Below are positions 1-12,342 of a stretch of 64,000 bases of DNA, piece after piece (positions within the stretch are counted from its first letter, which is position 1; the number at the start of each line of letters is the position of its first letter). The notes beneath the pieces were generated by a model. The model did no database searches, was not told the origin of the DNA, and was given only the letters and a program-made list of their open reading frames with translations. The stretch comes from Blasia pusilla (lineage: Eukaryota), in NCBI GenBank assembly GCA_050084515.1, contig CM114271.1:39990001-40054000 (forward strand), given 5' to 3'. A program made the translations under genes and the position numbers.

Positions 1-659
1 TGAGAACTTCGAAACGATCTCAACAGTCAATAGTTTGAAGTTCGTCATGCACTTCAACGTGACGAGCAACTCGGAGAAATGACGTGTCGCTCACTGTTTA
101 AGATTGGTTTTTCATCCCGATGTCAACAAGCGACTTCCGGGAAAGGACGTATCTTGTGTTCTCCCCGCGTGGGACTATCTACTCCAAAGTTCGACATACT
201 TACTGCAGTTGCGCAATTGGGATCCCTGTTTTGTATTTTCGAATGTTTATGTATAGAGTTAATTGTACAAGTATTTTTTTAAAAGTGGTTTAATATTTCT
301 GTCGAGAAATATTTTCGACAAAGATCATATGTTTCTTAGTTAAAATATCATCATAAATTTTAAGATTTTGTTTCCAAAGAGGATAAGAAAAGACGACGAG
401 GAGAGAAATATGAAAAATGAGTGAAAGGAAAGATTGTCAACAAGCAAGACAGAAAAAAATCTGTGTTTCTTTCGGTAATCTCGTCGTAAAATATTTTTTG
501 TTACTCAATCGTTATTGGCGGTACCCCAAGGCAGTTTGGTTTGGTTGCATGCTTTCTCTCGTCAGAATTGACGATTACTTTCCATCGGCCGACTATGCTC
601 CAAACCTATGGAAATCCTGATGGATCGTCATTCCCTTGGGAAAGCATTTACTTAGGGCA

Positions 660-1054
660 TCTATATTACCATGGGAGAGTGTCTTTTTGATTTGCAAACA
701 CATCTATGTTTGACACATGGGGACTGGACGACAAGAAAATGTTTCACATGACATAGACAATAAGAAAAAAATTCGAACTTGTATGAAACATCATTAATCC
801 TTTCCCTTCACAAAATTCTTCAAATACTTCTTCATTTTCCGTTCTATTTAAAATAATACACTGGTGTGATAGTTCAAGGCCGTTGTACTAAGAATGGAAT
901 ATCGAAAAACACGGGATCTATGCTATTAAAACAGCAAAGGTAGTGAGTTGAGACCTTTAAAATAAACCTCACGTATCTCCTTATGTTTTTGGAATAATTT
1001 TTTCTGTGATACGGAAAGATTATCAGGCGAAAACTCTCTTTTCGTATAAACTAG
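660..1054 (+). mobile_element. Non-autonomous Helitron (short family, copy with alternative 3' end)
   Basis: Begins A|TCTATATTACCATGGGAGAGTG and ends CGAAAA-ctctc-TTTTCG hairpin, then CTAG|T. The first ~150 bp align with copies at 44736, 26520-26987 and 27449. Confidence 0.65.
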
Positions 1055-1991
1055 TGTGTCATGAAGTGCTTAGCGATGAATCTCCTCACGAAAAATCGGA
1101 GGCATTTTTCTCTGCTGGTTATGCGCCGGGCGGGTGATGACGAGTCGTAGCGGTGAAACCACGAGGCATACCGCTCGCAGTAAGCTTTCGGCCAAACGCA
1201 AACGACCCCATGACAGCTTCAACCCCACGCGGGCGGAAAACGTAGTCGGGAAACGACAGAGCCGGATCGGAAGAAAGAAGAGGAGGGGAAGAGCGGTAAG
1301 AACTGAACTCCGCTCCGCAGTGCCATGAAACTTGGGCGATGACTTTTGTGCGTCACGGTTGGGTGGTGGGGTGGGACCTCGTGGTTTCTTTTGGCGGAGC
1401 AGGTGCGGCGGGCGGGTCGGCTGAAGTGGGACGGGGTCAGGGCAGGAAGATGCTGAGGCAAGTTGAGCGGTACAGTCCAGTAGGAGACGGAAAGTCCTGC
1501 GGATCCTGCCGCGTTGCGTTGCCTTTAATACTCGACTCCGTAGCTGACAGCGCAACACGAACTGCTCGAGCTTCGTCGGTAGCATATGTCACTGTCTGGA
1601 ATATCGCCCTCGAGGTCCATTTATACCACCCGTGCCCTTGTGGAGGCTGTCTGTCTACTCAGCGATCAGCCTGGCAGGCTCGCCTTCCTCCCCACGTTTC
1701 TGTTCGCCACATCCTCACAACTCGCACGAACCGAACGATCGGTCGAGCTTGTGAGCGATCTTATGCTCGACATACCGCGCGGAGCTCTCGTCTACTAAAT
1801 TGTGTACACCATCTGCACTCCGCTCGTGCGAGGGTGATCTGTTCGCCGGGGTCGCTGAGCTCTGAGGCTCCGGATCGGCCTTCTCTTGCGCAATCAGGAA
1901 CGCCGAGAAGGATTTCACAGGGCTCAGCGATATTCGGGAGTCGTCCTCCTGTGAGTTTGAAGACGCATCTCGTTTTCGGTCGAGAGTAGGC

Positions 1992-2234
1992 ATGCAGATA
2001 TTTGTCAAGACCCTGACCGGCAAAACAATAACTTTGGAGCTGGAGAGATCGGACTCGATTAGCAATGTCAAAGTGAAGATTCAAGATAAGGAGGGAGTTC
2101 GTCCCGAGCAGCAGAGGTTGATATTCGCAGGGAAGCAGCTCGAAGATGGACGCACTTTGGGCGACTATAACATCCAAAAGGATTCTACTCTACATCTGGT
2201 TCTTCGTCTGAGAGGAGGACCGATTTCTTGGTGA
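1992..2234 (+). CDS. Divergent mono-ubiquitin with C-terminal extension PISW
   Basis: 76-aa ubiquitin from [11 protein letters not shown] to LRLRGG, with 10 substitutions relative to canonical plant ubiquitin. A candidate acceptor AG lies 2 nt before the ATG, as in plant UBQ 5'UTR introns. Confidence 0.93.
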   Translation: MQIFVKTLTGKTITLELERSDSISNVKVKIQDKEGVRPEQQRLIFAGKQLEDGRTLGDYNIQKDSTLHLVLRLRGGPISW

Positions 2235-5200
2235 TAGCAGGTTTCTCGCGTTCTGCACTATCGGAGCACTCCGTGGTGCATCCGTGGCCGTCTGGAGTCG
2301 TGAACAACTCCGATGGTGGCCAAGTTATTACGATTTTGCGATCATACAGCGTCTCTTCTGCCAGAAAATGGCCTCATAGATTATAAACTTGGCTTTCAAA
2401 ACGTTTTGGAGTCTTCCGGAAAGCCAGCAGGAGAACACCATGGGATTTTACACATGTCGGATTTCTCCATTGTCTTGCAACATCTATCGGTTGTACGTGG
2501 CCTACAAATAATATATACTCTGTTGACTCATTCCGATCTTTTGTAAACTGGTTTTGTGAAGGAGACTCTCTATCATCTGGATACTGGCGCCCCTTTGTTG
2601 GCATAGTTTGACAGCATAGAACGCATCGCACGAGTGGCAGTCGGAGATTTTATGCGCAAGCGCTATTTCGTTGGGCCTATGAAACGTCCATCTCCGACGG
2701 CTGTCGCTCATCGGGAAATTCGAACATTCGAGTTGTATTTGATGGATGGCACTCTAGACCTTGTAATTTTTTGTATTTCTCTCGTCTCAGTCAGTTTTCG
2801 GCTGCCTCATGTGAGAGCTGTAGTCTACGATTGAGTTCACCACTCCTAGACGAGAGAGAACTCGACGAAACTTCCAAGGTTTTTTGTGCCTAGCGAGACG
2901 CGAAGTTGAAGTGATCGTGTAAGGCAGATTGACTCTGTACTGTGGAAGTTTGTTGTTCTGCATGCAAAACTTATTATGCACTGAAATATGGGTCAGATCG
3001 TTCTCGTGAATTCCAAGTAAAAGCCAAATCTCATGGTTAAACACCATTAATTGCCCTCATGGTGGTGCTCCTGGCCTGTTCGTTAGTCCCTTGGCCCCCC
3101 CCGTATGTGGGTTTTGAATACAACTCCGTCCACCTCACCCGATTTTCACACTCGAGAGACGTTAGGCACAACCAGAGGCTTTGATGTAGATTGCCACAAA
3201 TGAATGAAAAAGCTCGCGTGGCATAGGCTCAGGAATACCGGAAATACCACTGGTTCTTCCGCAATTCCGCCGTGGGACTCGGAAACCGCAGACGTGAGGG
3301 CGTCGTCTTCGGAGAATTCTACTTTCCTGGAGGCGGGCCATCCGACTCAGACGCACATCTCACATGATGTGCATGCGCTGGCCGGTCCAGGTTCAGTGGG
3401 CCTCCACGACGCCAGGCCCCAAAATAGCCGCGCCAACATGCGCTTCCATCGATTATAAAGTTCACTGTCCACAGCTGTCTTGACGTGTGCGGATTCTGGG
3501 AGCATCGCGATACCGAAGCCTTGGCAAGGCCGCCAGAGTAGGCAGAGGCGAAGCAGGACCGAAGCTTTCTCAGGTCACCCACTCCGCACCTTTCGAGCCA
3601 CAGTGCGAAAGCATCGCCGCCACACACATCCGTGAAGCTCCGGAGCACAACTGACGTGTCTCAGGTCATCGTTCCGAGGATAGTAATAATAATCACCGGT
3701 CCTCTCCTGACGCCTGCGATCGACTTGCCGAGCGGTAGTACGAAGCCGAGCACCATTCTCCACCATTGTCGACTCTCGGATCGCAGCCATGCCGCAGATG
3801 TACTCGTGGTCCTGACCTCCCACAGAATCCGCTTTAGTTCGAGTGCATCCGCATGAACGTTCGTCAAACAATCGTACACTTAGTTGGTAGCTCAACTTTT
3901 GTGAAATCCACTTCGATGCATGAGAGATTCTCATGTCGGATTTGTAATCTCTCTTTTTTATTTCTTAATAGATATCGAATAAAATCATCTCAAAATGATT
4001 ATATTTTCCTTTTCCCATCCGAAAAATGCGCTCTCTTCCCATTGGAAAAGGAAAATATAATTAGAATTAGATAAATAGATTTTTCTAATTCTAAGACAAG
4101 AATTAGAAAAATCTATTTATCTTATTAATGGCAAGTACATGTATATTTATGAGATTAAATAGAAAGTGACTTTCATAATCATTTGATATGTTAAAGAGTA
4201 CAAATGTTAATTTCTAAAAACAAAAAAAACCGGGGATGGGAATAGAGTAAAGTGGGAATGATATTATTTTCCCAAAATTAAGTGGGAGTGATAGGGATAG
4301 AATTTTTTTGAAGAATCACAAGAAGATCAACACAGTTCTTGTCAACAAAGGGAGAGAGGGAAGGTTGAGGGAGGTGAATTTCATTTTCCTTCATAAATAA
4401 GATGAAGGAGGCGCCAGGTAGTATTGTATGAAATAAGGATAGACTTCCCAAGTGAAGTGGTGGGAGTGGGCATATCTTTTATTTTGAACATGTGATCTTT
4501 GGATCAAAAGCTAAAGTACGTAAGCAACGAGGAATTACAAAAATTCTCTATAGAAAAAAATCCAACTCTGTGCTATTCCTATCTTATGGAGGTTGGTAAT
4601 TTAACTCTTTCGTGAAGATAGGTTGTTCCTTTATGCACACATTTCTTGCTATAATCATTCGTAGATACATAAAAGGTTAGTGAAGGCAACCAAAATTAGT
4701 CAATCATTCGAGGGAAGGAAATTAACCTTATCTTTAGGTGTGAAAAAAATTCATTCATTACTGAAAGAGATTACATCTAGCCTTGGAGGAGTCCTTTAAA
4801 GTACTCAATTTCGAAGGTCATTGTGACCTACTATCTTAGATATGACTTATGTGAACACATCACCCTTCCATTTTGTGTTGGGTACCATATAATTGACCGC
4901 CATGCATATAGCAGTTCCACCTAAGCCAATAAGGCTTAAGGAGAGTGGCACAAGATGGATGGACCTCTTATGAGAAACCTTTCCATGCATCTCATCTCTT
5001 ATTATAGAATTAGATGTAGAGGTCGTTGAAGAAATTACATATTCCACTCAAATTTGACAGTGATATGTTGATAATATCTAATCATAGACGACCATGGATT
5101 TTCTTAAGAAGGATTTACTCAAGGAGACTCATTTTGAGCCCATATTTGGTATCCGATCTTGAGAGTGGTATTCGTGATATATTGGAGCAAGGCTATGTTG

Positions 5201-6110
5201 GTCTATCGCGCATGGAATCTCTTGAGTTAAGAAAGAGTTGGATTGATTTTGAGATCATATATTTTTATACTCTTTTTGTGTTTTCATTCACATCTCTTTG
5301 CTAAAAGATGGCATGTATATATAGTTGAAGAATATGTAAAAGTGCTTTCCTTTGTAAATTGGTAATCATTGAATTTAGATATATAGATTGCAACACAAAG
5401 TTATATCCAAAAGTCCATGGATTCTTGTATATATCTTACCTACCAAAGATACTAAAAAACATACATAAATTCATGATGAATTGGTCATAGATCTTGAATA
5501 GACTCAATGGGGACAAACATGAATTCTAATTAGCATAAACTCTTCATAAAAGATACCTCACTTTTGATACGAAGTCCAAACATATGATATTCAACAATAT
5601 ATCCTTTAAATTTGGAGCTCTATGTATGGCTTGCATAAAGTTCTTCTATTCATCTATGTCCCAAAACATCCAATTAAGTTTCAATGCTCTTAGAAAATTA
5701 ATGTGAATTTCAAGAAAATGCTCCTTGAATATAAAGGACTCTTATGTATCATGTTGTACGGAGGATTATAATATTGAATATTAAGTTATAGTCAAGTTTA
5801 TTGGACATACAAAATGCTATAAATGATACTCATACATAGGAAGAAAATTCAATGATTGTTAATATATTAAGCATAACTACCTTCAATATGGCTAGTTAGC
5901 AAAGTTAAAATTACTAAAGACTATAGTTAGGGTTAGTGTTAGAGTTGACTGTATGTACCCTATATAATTGAAAAGGGACATATCCCCATTCAATTTCTCA
6001 TTGCAAATTTGATTCTCCATGGTGGTGGATATGTGTGAAACCTTTATCCATTCATTAGGGTTATTTTGGAAGTTTATTATAAATACACCAACATAGTCTC
6101 ATAACAGTGT

Positions 6111-6254
6111 ACCATGAAAATCACTCTTATTTCTTAAGATGGATTCCAAATGGGCCAACTCAAGGATATATCTTCCCTTGGACCATGGATATCACTCTTA
6201 TTTCTTAAGATGGATTCCAAATGGGCCTATTCAAGGATATATCTTCCCTTGGAC
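6111..6254. repeat. Tandem duplication, 71-bp unit x2
   Basis: accatg..atcactcttatttcttaagatggattccaaatgggcc..tcaaggatatatcttcccttgg occurs twice, 71 bp apart. Confidence 0.9.
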
Positions 6255-6649
6255 ACTCCTTAATAGCCTATGAACACGAGTTACTCCATCTCCTATCATA
6301 TCAATGTAAACATGAAGTACCACTTTCCATAAATGCAACACAGGGTCTTCTCTAGAGGAACTAAATGGAGGAAAAATAAGATAAGGCCTTGAAAAGGAGG
6401 TCTATCCCTCTAAGTGACACCCCCTCTTTGAAGTCCTAAGCCTAAAGATATCATTAACTATAAAGGGACCAAAATAGAATACTAGACACATAAGAGATGG
6501 CAACTCCTAAAAAACAAAAGAAAACTTCACACATAAAATGGATGATCTATACACATAGATTACCTCTCAGATATAAGCGCTTGTTAAATGGCAAGTAAAG
6601 GACCGCACTAAACCTCGATATAATCTTGCATGATTCCCTACAATCATGA

Positions 6650-7200
6650 CTACTCTACCATGCTTACATATCGCTAACCAACTTTGATTATCATCTACAT
6701 CTATCTAAGATCCAAATTTCCCATAAATCCCATAATAATCATGCATGAATGATTGAACACATCCCACTTGTTGTTAAGTCCCTCTCAATACATATAGTGA
6801 ATGCTTTGTACCTTTTTGATGTTAAGATGAAGGATTCAAGTGTTATGTTGACTCATTATTAGCTAAATCCCTGAAATCTATAACTTCAATAATCATATTT
6901 TAACTATCAGTATATATTAATCATAGATAAAGTCAACATCCATTAGGAACCAGGTTAAGAGGTTGTATCCAATAGGAAATATGCCATCCTTGTAAATACC
7001 CATCACATATATGCTTCATGGCTACTCGCAAAGCACCCACAAACCATACATATTAAGGCTGTAGGAACCACTTTTAAGCTCGAATCAAGACTTTCATCAA
7101 TGTTTGGAAGATGATATGGTGCATAATTACGCATATAATCCCTCTAAATGGTACCATCACATCACTATCCTCTAGCACTACAATTCTTGAACGCGTATCT
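6650..7200 (-). pseudogene. Highly decayed Ty3/gypsy reverse transcriptase relic in an AT-rich TE-like block (~4200-8200)
   Basis: Minus strand 7081-7140 reads DYMRNYAPYHLPNIDESLDS, resembling the gypsy RT motif DYRxLN..D.YPLP.IDE.LD. A DVDD stretch near 6690 may be the remnant of YxDD. No intact ORF. Confidence 0.35.
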
Positions 7201-8419
7201 TCTCACACATATATAGTAATACATTGATATCTTAATGAAATCTATAATGTTGTTCATTGTGTCTATTGAACATAGACATAATTATCAGGAACGAAACCTT
7301 CAAATATCTTGTTGATAGCTGCCAAAGTGCCACAATGCTAGGATATGGAAAAGTTGTTAAGAGTCACAAAGATCATTCTTCAAATAAAATTTTCCAAACA
7401 AGCTCTCATGCAAACCTATGGATAATCACGATCAAGTATCTTAACTATATCACAATTAATAGGTGACACGTGACCTAGCTCTTTTCTGTAGATCAAGAAA
7501 TACATTGACAATGATGCTAAAGATGCTTGCAAACGGAAATAGTAAGCCATAGCTAAATTTTCCTCTATGTATTCCATACTTTTGCCATCCTCTCTTTGCC
7601 TTATTTAGTGTAAAATTCTCTTGAGTCTCAACCAACCATCTATATCTAGGCAATCTTTAGAATTTGTCAAATAATTTATTAGTGTTTGGTTACATAAGGC
7701 TTGAAAGTCATCCTTGATCTCCATACCATTGCATATTGAAACCTCATCTTATGCACCAGAACAACTAAGCAATCCATCGAAAAACATATAAGATGCTCTC
7801 TAGACATATATGGAAATATCATCAACTCAATCCACTTCAACTCACAACCAAAAGTAATCCATCACGACCAATTAGTACGCATCAACTATGTATGGCATTC
7901 CTTAAATCTTTGAGATATTCAGACCCCAACCAATAATTATCTAAGATGAATTTGAGTTTTAGATGGAGTGTCACGATACTCATAACCAAACATGCACGAA
8001 TGTGGAACATCATGACTCTAGTGGGCTCACACTAGAATGGAAATATGTCGGAGTTACAAAAATGAGACATGAGTTATGAAATAAATATGCAGACTTAAAT
8101 GGACATCCTGAATGATGAGAGTTGTGACGCAAGAAAGCATGACCAAATGCAAGGTCAAAATTTAATCTTCCACATTTTAGCACATGCCCAAACTTGTTGC
8201 ACTTAGAAATAAGAAGCAATAGGGATCCCAATCAAGTAAATTAGATGCTATTTTAAAGAGCTTGTTGGTTGAAAATTGGAATGTCCACACCAACTCCTCA
8301 TATGAGAACACTCACATTATGTGAGAGTGGTCACACTTATTTTGTATGATATCTTCTTTACTTATTCCTTTCTTTCCACCCTCGTTTCCATCCACTCCAA
8401 TCTCTACCACCCTCCAAAG

Positions 8420-9500
8420 GGGGAAAAAAAAGGATGTCTCAATAAAAAGTCCTTGATGGAAAACCCATGTAGAATACCAAAAAAAGGGGGACTCAAAGAC
8501 CCGAGTACGTGAAGGCCATAACCGGCCCAGAAACAGAAAAGGGGGCACCCCCTATCAACTAAACTCACCAATGGCAGAGACAATATCAACAACATCTAGA
8601 GAGATGTGACTACCACTAAGTGGGCCTCTAGCGCCGGCGTCACCTATAGTCAGAGTCCGCCGCAAAAGCCCATTGGCTTGGGCACGTTGAAAAGCTATGG
8701 AGACCCGTTGCGTATAATAGAGAATCGCAATAGCTAATGACAATCCTTTTCTCAACTAGAGATGATGGGTGCAATCTGTAAGGAATGAGTCAAACCTCTC
8801 CCCCATAGCCCCATACATCTCTATGGCTAGAGGGACGAATCGATATCCATCGTGAAGTCGAATGTAGAGATGGTTCTTCTTAACCGTTGACGCCGCCGTT
8901 CCTTGTAGCAATCTTCCTTGTGCGACCACTTGGGCTCGCAAAGCCTCTCGTGTAGGATTTGTCACTACAATGTCTGCCACCACCACCTCAACCTCTCGTG
9001 TCATATACATATCAACATGGATGAGGGGACCCTGTGTGGAGTACTGCCTCTCTCTGTACACGTGGAAGCGACTCTCGCGAGCAATACTGAACATGATATC
9101 CCGCACAACGTCGTGAGTGAAAATCCTCTCACCCCCAACTCGATAGCGTGCTAAATGCACACCTAGTGAAGCCAGACTTGGCGACACTCACAATGTATCG
9201 TACCAACCACTGATGGTTGGACGAGGCCTAATTGCAACGGCATTGTTGTGGTATAGGTAAGTGGTATGATACGGAAATCCGGGATGAGGGGACGAGCTGC
9301 CACCCATGAGCCTGCCCCCTTTCCGGAGCAAGAGCAGATACGTGCCCGAACCTCCATGGGAATGTCCTCCTTTGACATAATGACTCTAAAAACTTCTTCA
9401 AAGTGGACTTCCATCAAAGAAGATTAGAGCCCAAACGGAGGTAACTAAGGAAGAGAAAGTAGAAGAACGGCTCTAACCTCATCTAGAAGGGAATGCCTCT
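8420..9500 (-). mobile_element. 5'-truncated non-LTR retrotransposon with restriction-like endonuclease (CRE/R2 group), pseudogenised
   Basis: Collinear ORF pieces 9163-9417, 8756-9187 and 8555-8755 carry ARICSCSGKGAGSWV, CEC..HL, THDVVRD, VADIVVTNP, FVPLAIEMYG and QRVSIAFQRAQA. This is the C-terminal zinc knuckle plus RLE signature (RHD..D..K.Y..F.P.A.E..G..RLS.ALQRGNA). Confidence 0.75.
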
Positions 9501-12342
9501 TAGACCCATGCTCCTTTGGAGGGGCATGGGTCTAAGGCTATGCTTGACAAGCTTTCGGGTGACAATATTTTTGTAACATGACTAGTAACTAGCTTTTGGC
9601 AGCTTGTCTTGATGGTAGAGCATTCGTGAAAACAGGAAGCACCTCTATAATACCCAATTGAAATTAGGAAATGTAACTTGTTGGATGGAGATGCCCGTCA
9701 CAATGTCGAAATCTATCTCTGACGTAAGTTCAGAGCTCAATCCCTCTCAATGTGGGTTTTTTTAATGAAAACAGCTTCAATGAAAGGTGTTGGCTGAAGA
9801 ACGCTGAGATCATTCCGCAGAGGACTTCCTTGTCGGAAGTCCATGCATTAATGTGAGCACGCTTCGAATGGTCATTCCGGCGATATAGCGGCATCAAACC
9901 TGTTATTTTTAACTAAGCGCAGGATACTCATGACTGTTGGAATTAGCTGGAGAAGTGTACACATAAAATTCGACAAAACTTGTTTTTCCTAGTTTCTGTA
10001 TCCTCAAGTGCAGTGTAAACACTTCCGTGAAATGTTTGACTTGTTCTTCCATTCATCGTTACGATTCCCACGCAGATCTGGTAATTCCTTCCCCGCTTTC
10101 TTCGTTTGTCGTTGTTAGTCGCACACAGATTTGGAAATTCTGCAATTTAGACCCTAAAATCCGATGATACTCTACTTTGTCCACCTAACCCGCGTCAACT
10201 TCATGACTTCATACTCTTCACCGCGGGTTCGGTAGATGTCGCAGGATGCTAATAGGCCACAACGCAAATGAGCTACTAATTGTGCCGGCAAGAACAACGA
10301 TGCCAAACTACAAGTCCATCTGTCATACATGGAGTGGGTAATGCCACTGGAAGGACTATCATCCTTGTGTAAACGCAGTTGTATCTTATTTGAAAGCGTA
10401 CCAGTGAAAATTGTTCGAATGAAGATCAAAAGTATGCAAGTCTGTCGATGTACCTCATGTAAATCGCTGGGCATAAGTGGAGCTGTAAGAATCTTCTCGC
10501 GTCTTACAATTTTCGAGAAGTATCCCTCACTCTAATCATTCGATTGTGGAGGCTGAGTTTGAGCTGTTCTCTTCGTAAGCTCATGGACGGGCACTATTTG
10601 TTATCGTTTCTTCTCTTGTTCTTTGTCGTTGTTCGATGTAGACACTCGGAGTATTGTCACAGAGTGGAACTACTCAGAAGGTTGACGGAACGAAAGTAAC
10701 CTCATCAGCCGGAAGAATAGTGTTAAGGATTCTTACGTGTCAATTTGCCACGAATTCGGAGGGCTTGAAAATGTGCATCCCCATTTGGCCGTGATGAGAA
10801 AAAAAAAGATAATGGGGTTGTAAATCTCGTGCACCTGGTCGTCGACAATTCATGACAAAAGTCATGGATATATGGAAACAGGCACTGGAACATCCACAAG
10901 ACATGCAAATCTTGGTATGGGAAACCTAGCCTACAATTCTATTCAATAATAGTTTACTCCACTAATGATTTGTAAATTGAAAACGGATTTCGGAATCTCC
11001 TCGATTTCTCACCATGTCGCCAATAATCCTGTCACCCGTGCATCTTGGGCGTGCTGGCCCACTCCACTCTAGTCTCGTGATTACGTCTAAACTCCACATT
11101 TTCCTGATTCCACCCCACCACGGTATGCCAAACTACTCTGCATACTTTTACTTCAATTAGGACCTCCGTTACGTGGGGACCGCACCTGCCGGCATAAGGC
11201 ATGTCTGCTGCAGGTTCGCTTACCAACATCAAACCTGGGCACATATTTGCATCTTTGCAAGGTTGGAATCTAGCGCAGAAAGCCAAGTGTTCAATTGGTC
11301 GATTGCTGGGAAATGAATTTTCTACTTGGGAGTGTCGCGGATTATCAAGTATTTTACATTTACAGCGATGGCATCACTAGTGCCTAATAAAAAGAATGCT
11401 TGCAGCAGGACATATACACCAGTGCAAATTTTAGGGACCCAACGTCCCTTTGATTTTAGCTTCCGTAACTTTTCCTCTGAAACAACAACCTACAATTCTG
11501 TTATATTATGTTCCAAATTACATAAAGAACGCAGGCATTTCTACCACTCGCCAGTTTGGGAGCTCTGGAGTATCAGGTCGAGCTGAAAACCCTTAACCTT
11601 AAGCTTATCACTTGTAGCACAATCCTGGTCCATCTAGCTGAAGATCTTCCATTCAGCCTTTTGCCAAGAAAGAGATCCTCTTCACATAAAGGAAACTGAT
11701 TATCACCGTATAATGGTACGAACCATGTGAAAGAACAGCCACCCTTTGGTTTAGTTTGTGGGGGGGAGAATTGATTTGAACCAAAGTTCCTCCTCTCTGA
11801 CAAATTCCAAGCAAAGAGAATCCGAGTTGAACACTGGAATCAGAAACTAATAATAATTTCCTTGATAACTGAGATTCCCCACAGCCCCGGGAATCATGCT
11901 CAAGGAGAAGAATAGTCTACTCCAATTGTGGAACTATAGGCTAACAATCTTTGGTAGCAGTCATGAAAAGGTCCTAGTGACAATACTTCCAGAGGACAGT
12001 AGGTCATGTCTTTCACAATTCGGTCTAAGTTGAATCTGTTGACAGTTACCAGACTGATTCCAAGAAGTGTGGATCATTAAAATCCCTTCTAGAAGGCAGT
12101 GGATCTTTTCCGTGCTGCTCAAAATCCGCAAGTGCTGCTGCCAGATTGCTGCAACAAGTGCAGTACAAGCTTTGAAGCTCACAGTGGGAAGGAAGCCTAG
12201 AGTGCACATCAATTTTCTCCAGCAAAGCTCTGGAGGTACAGCATGCTATCAGTTAGTGGATGTTAAAGTTTGGCACAACATTAAATAGTTGAGGAGTTGC
12301 GCACAAAGAGGCTTGGTTGGACCAGGACTTTGATGCAGGGCT

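Noticed and set aside
1070-1989. Long overlapping ORFs (171 and 216 aa) upstream of ubiquitin
   Set aside because: GC-rich promoter, 5'UTR or intron sequence. No domain resemblance, and ORF 1339-1989 stops just before the ubiquitin ATG.
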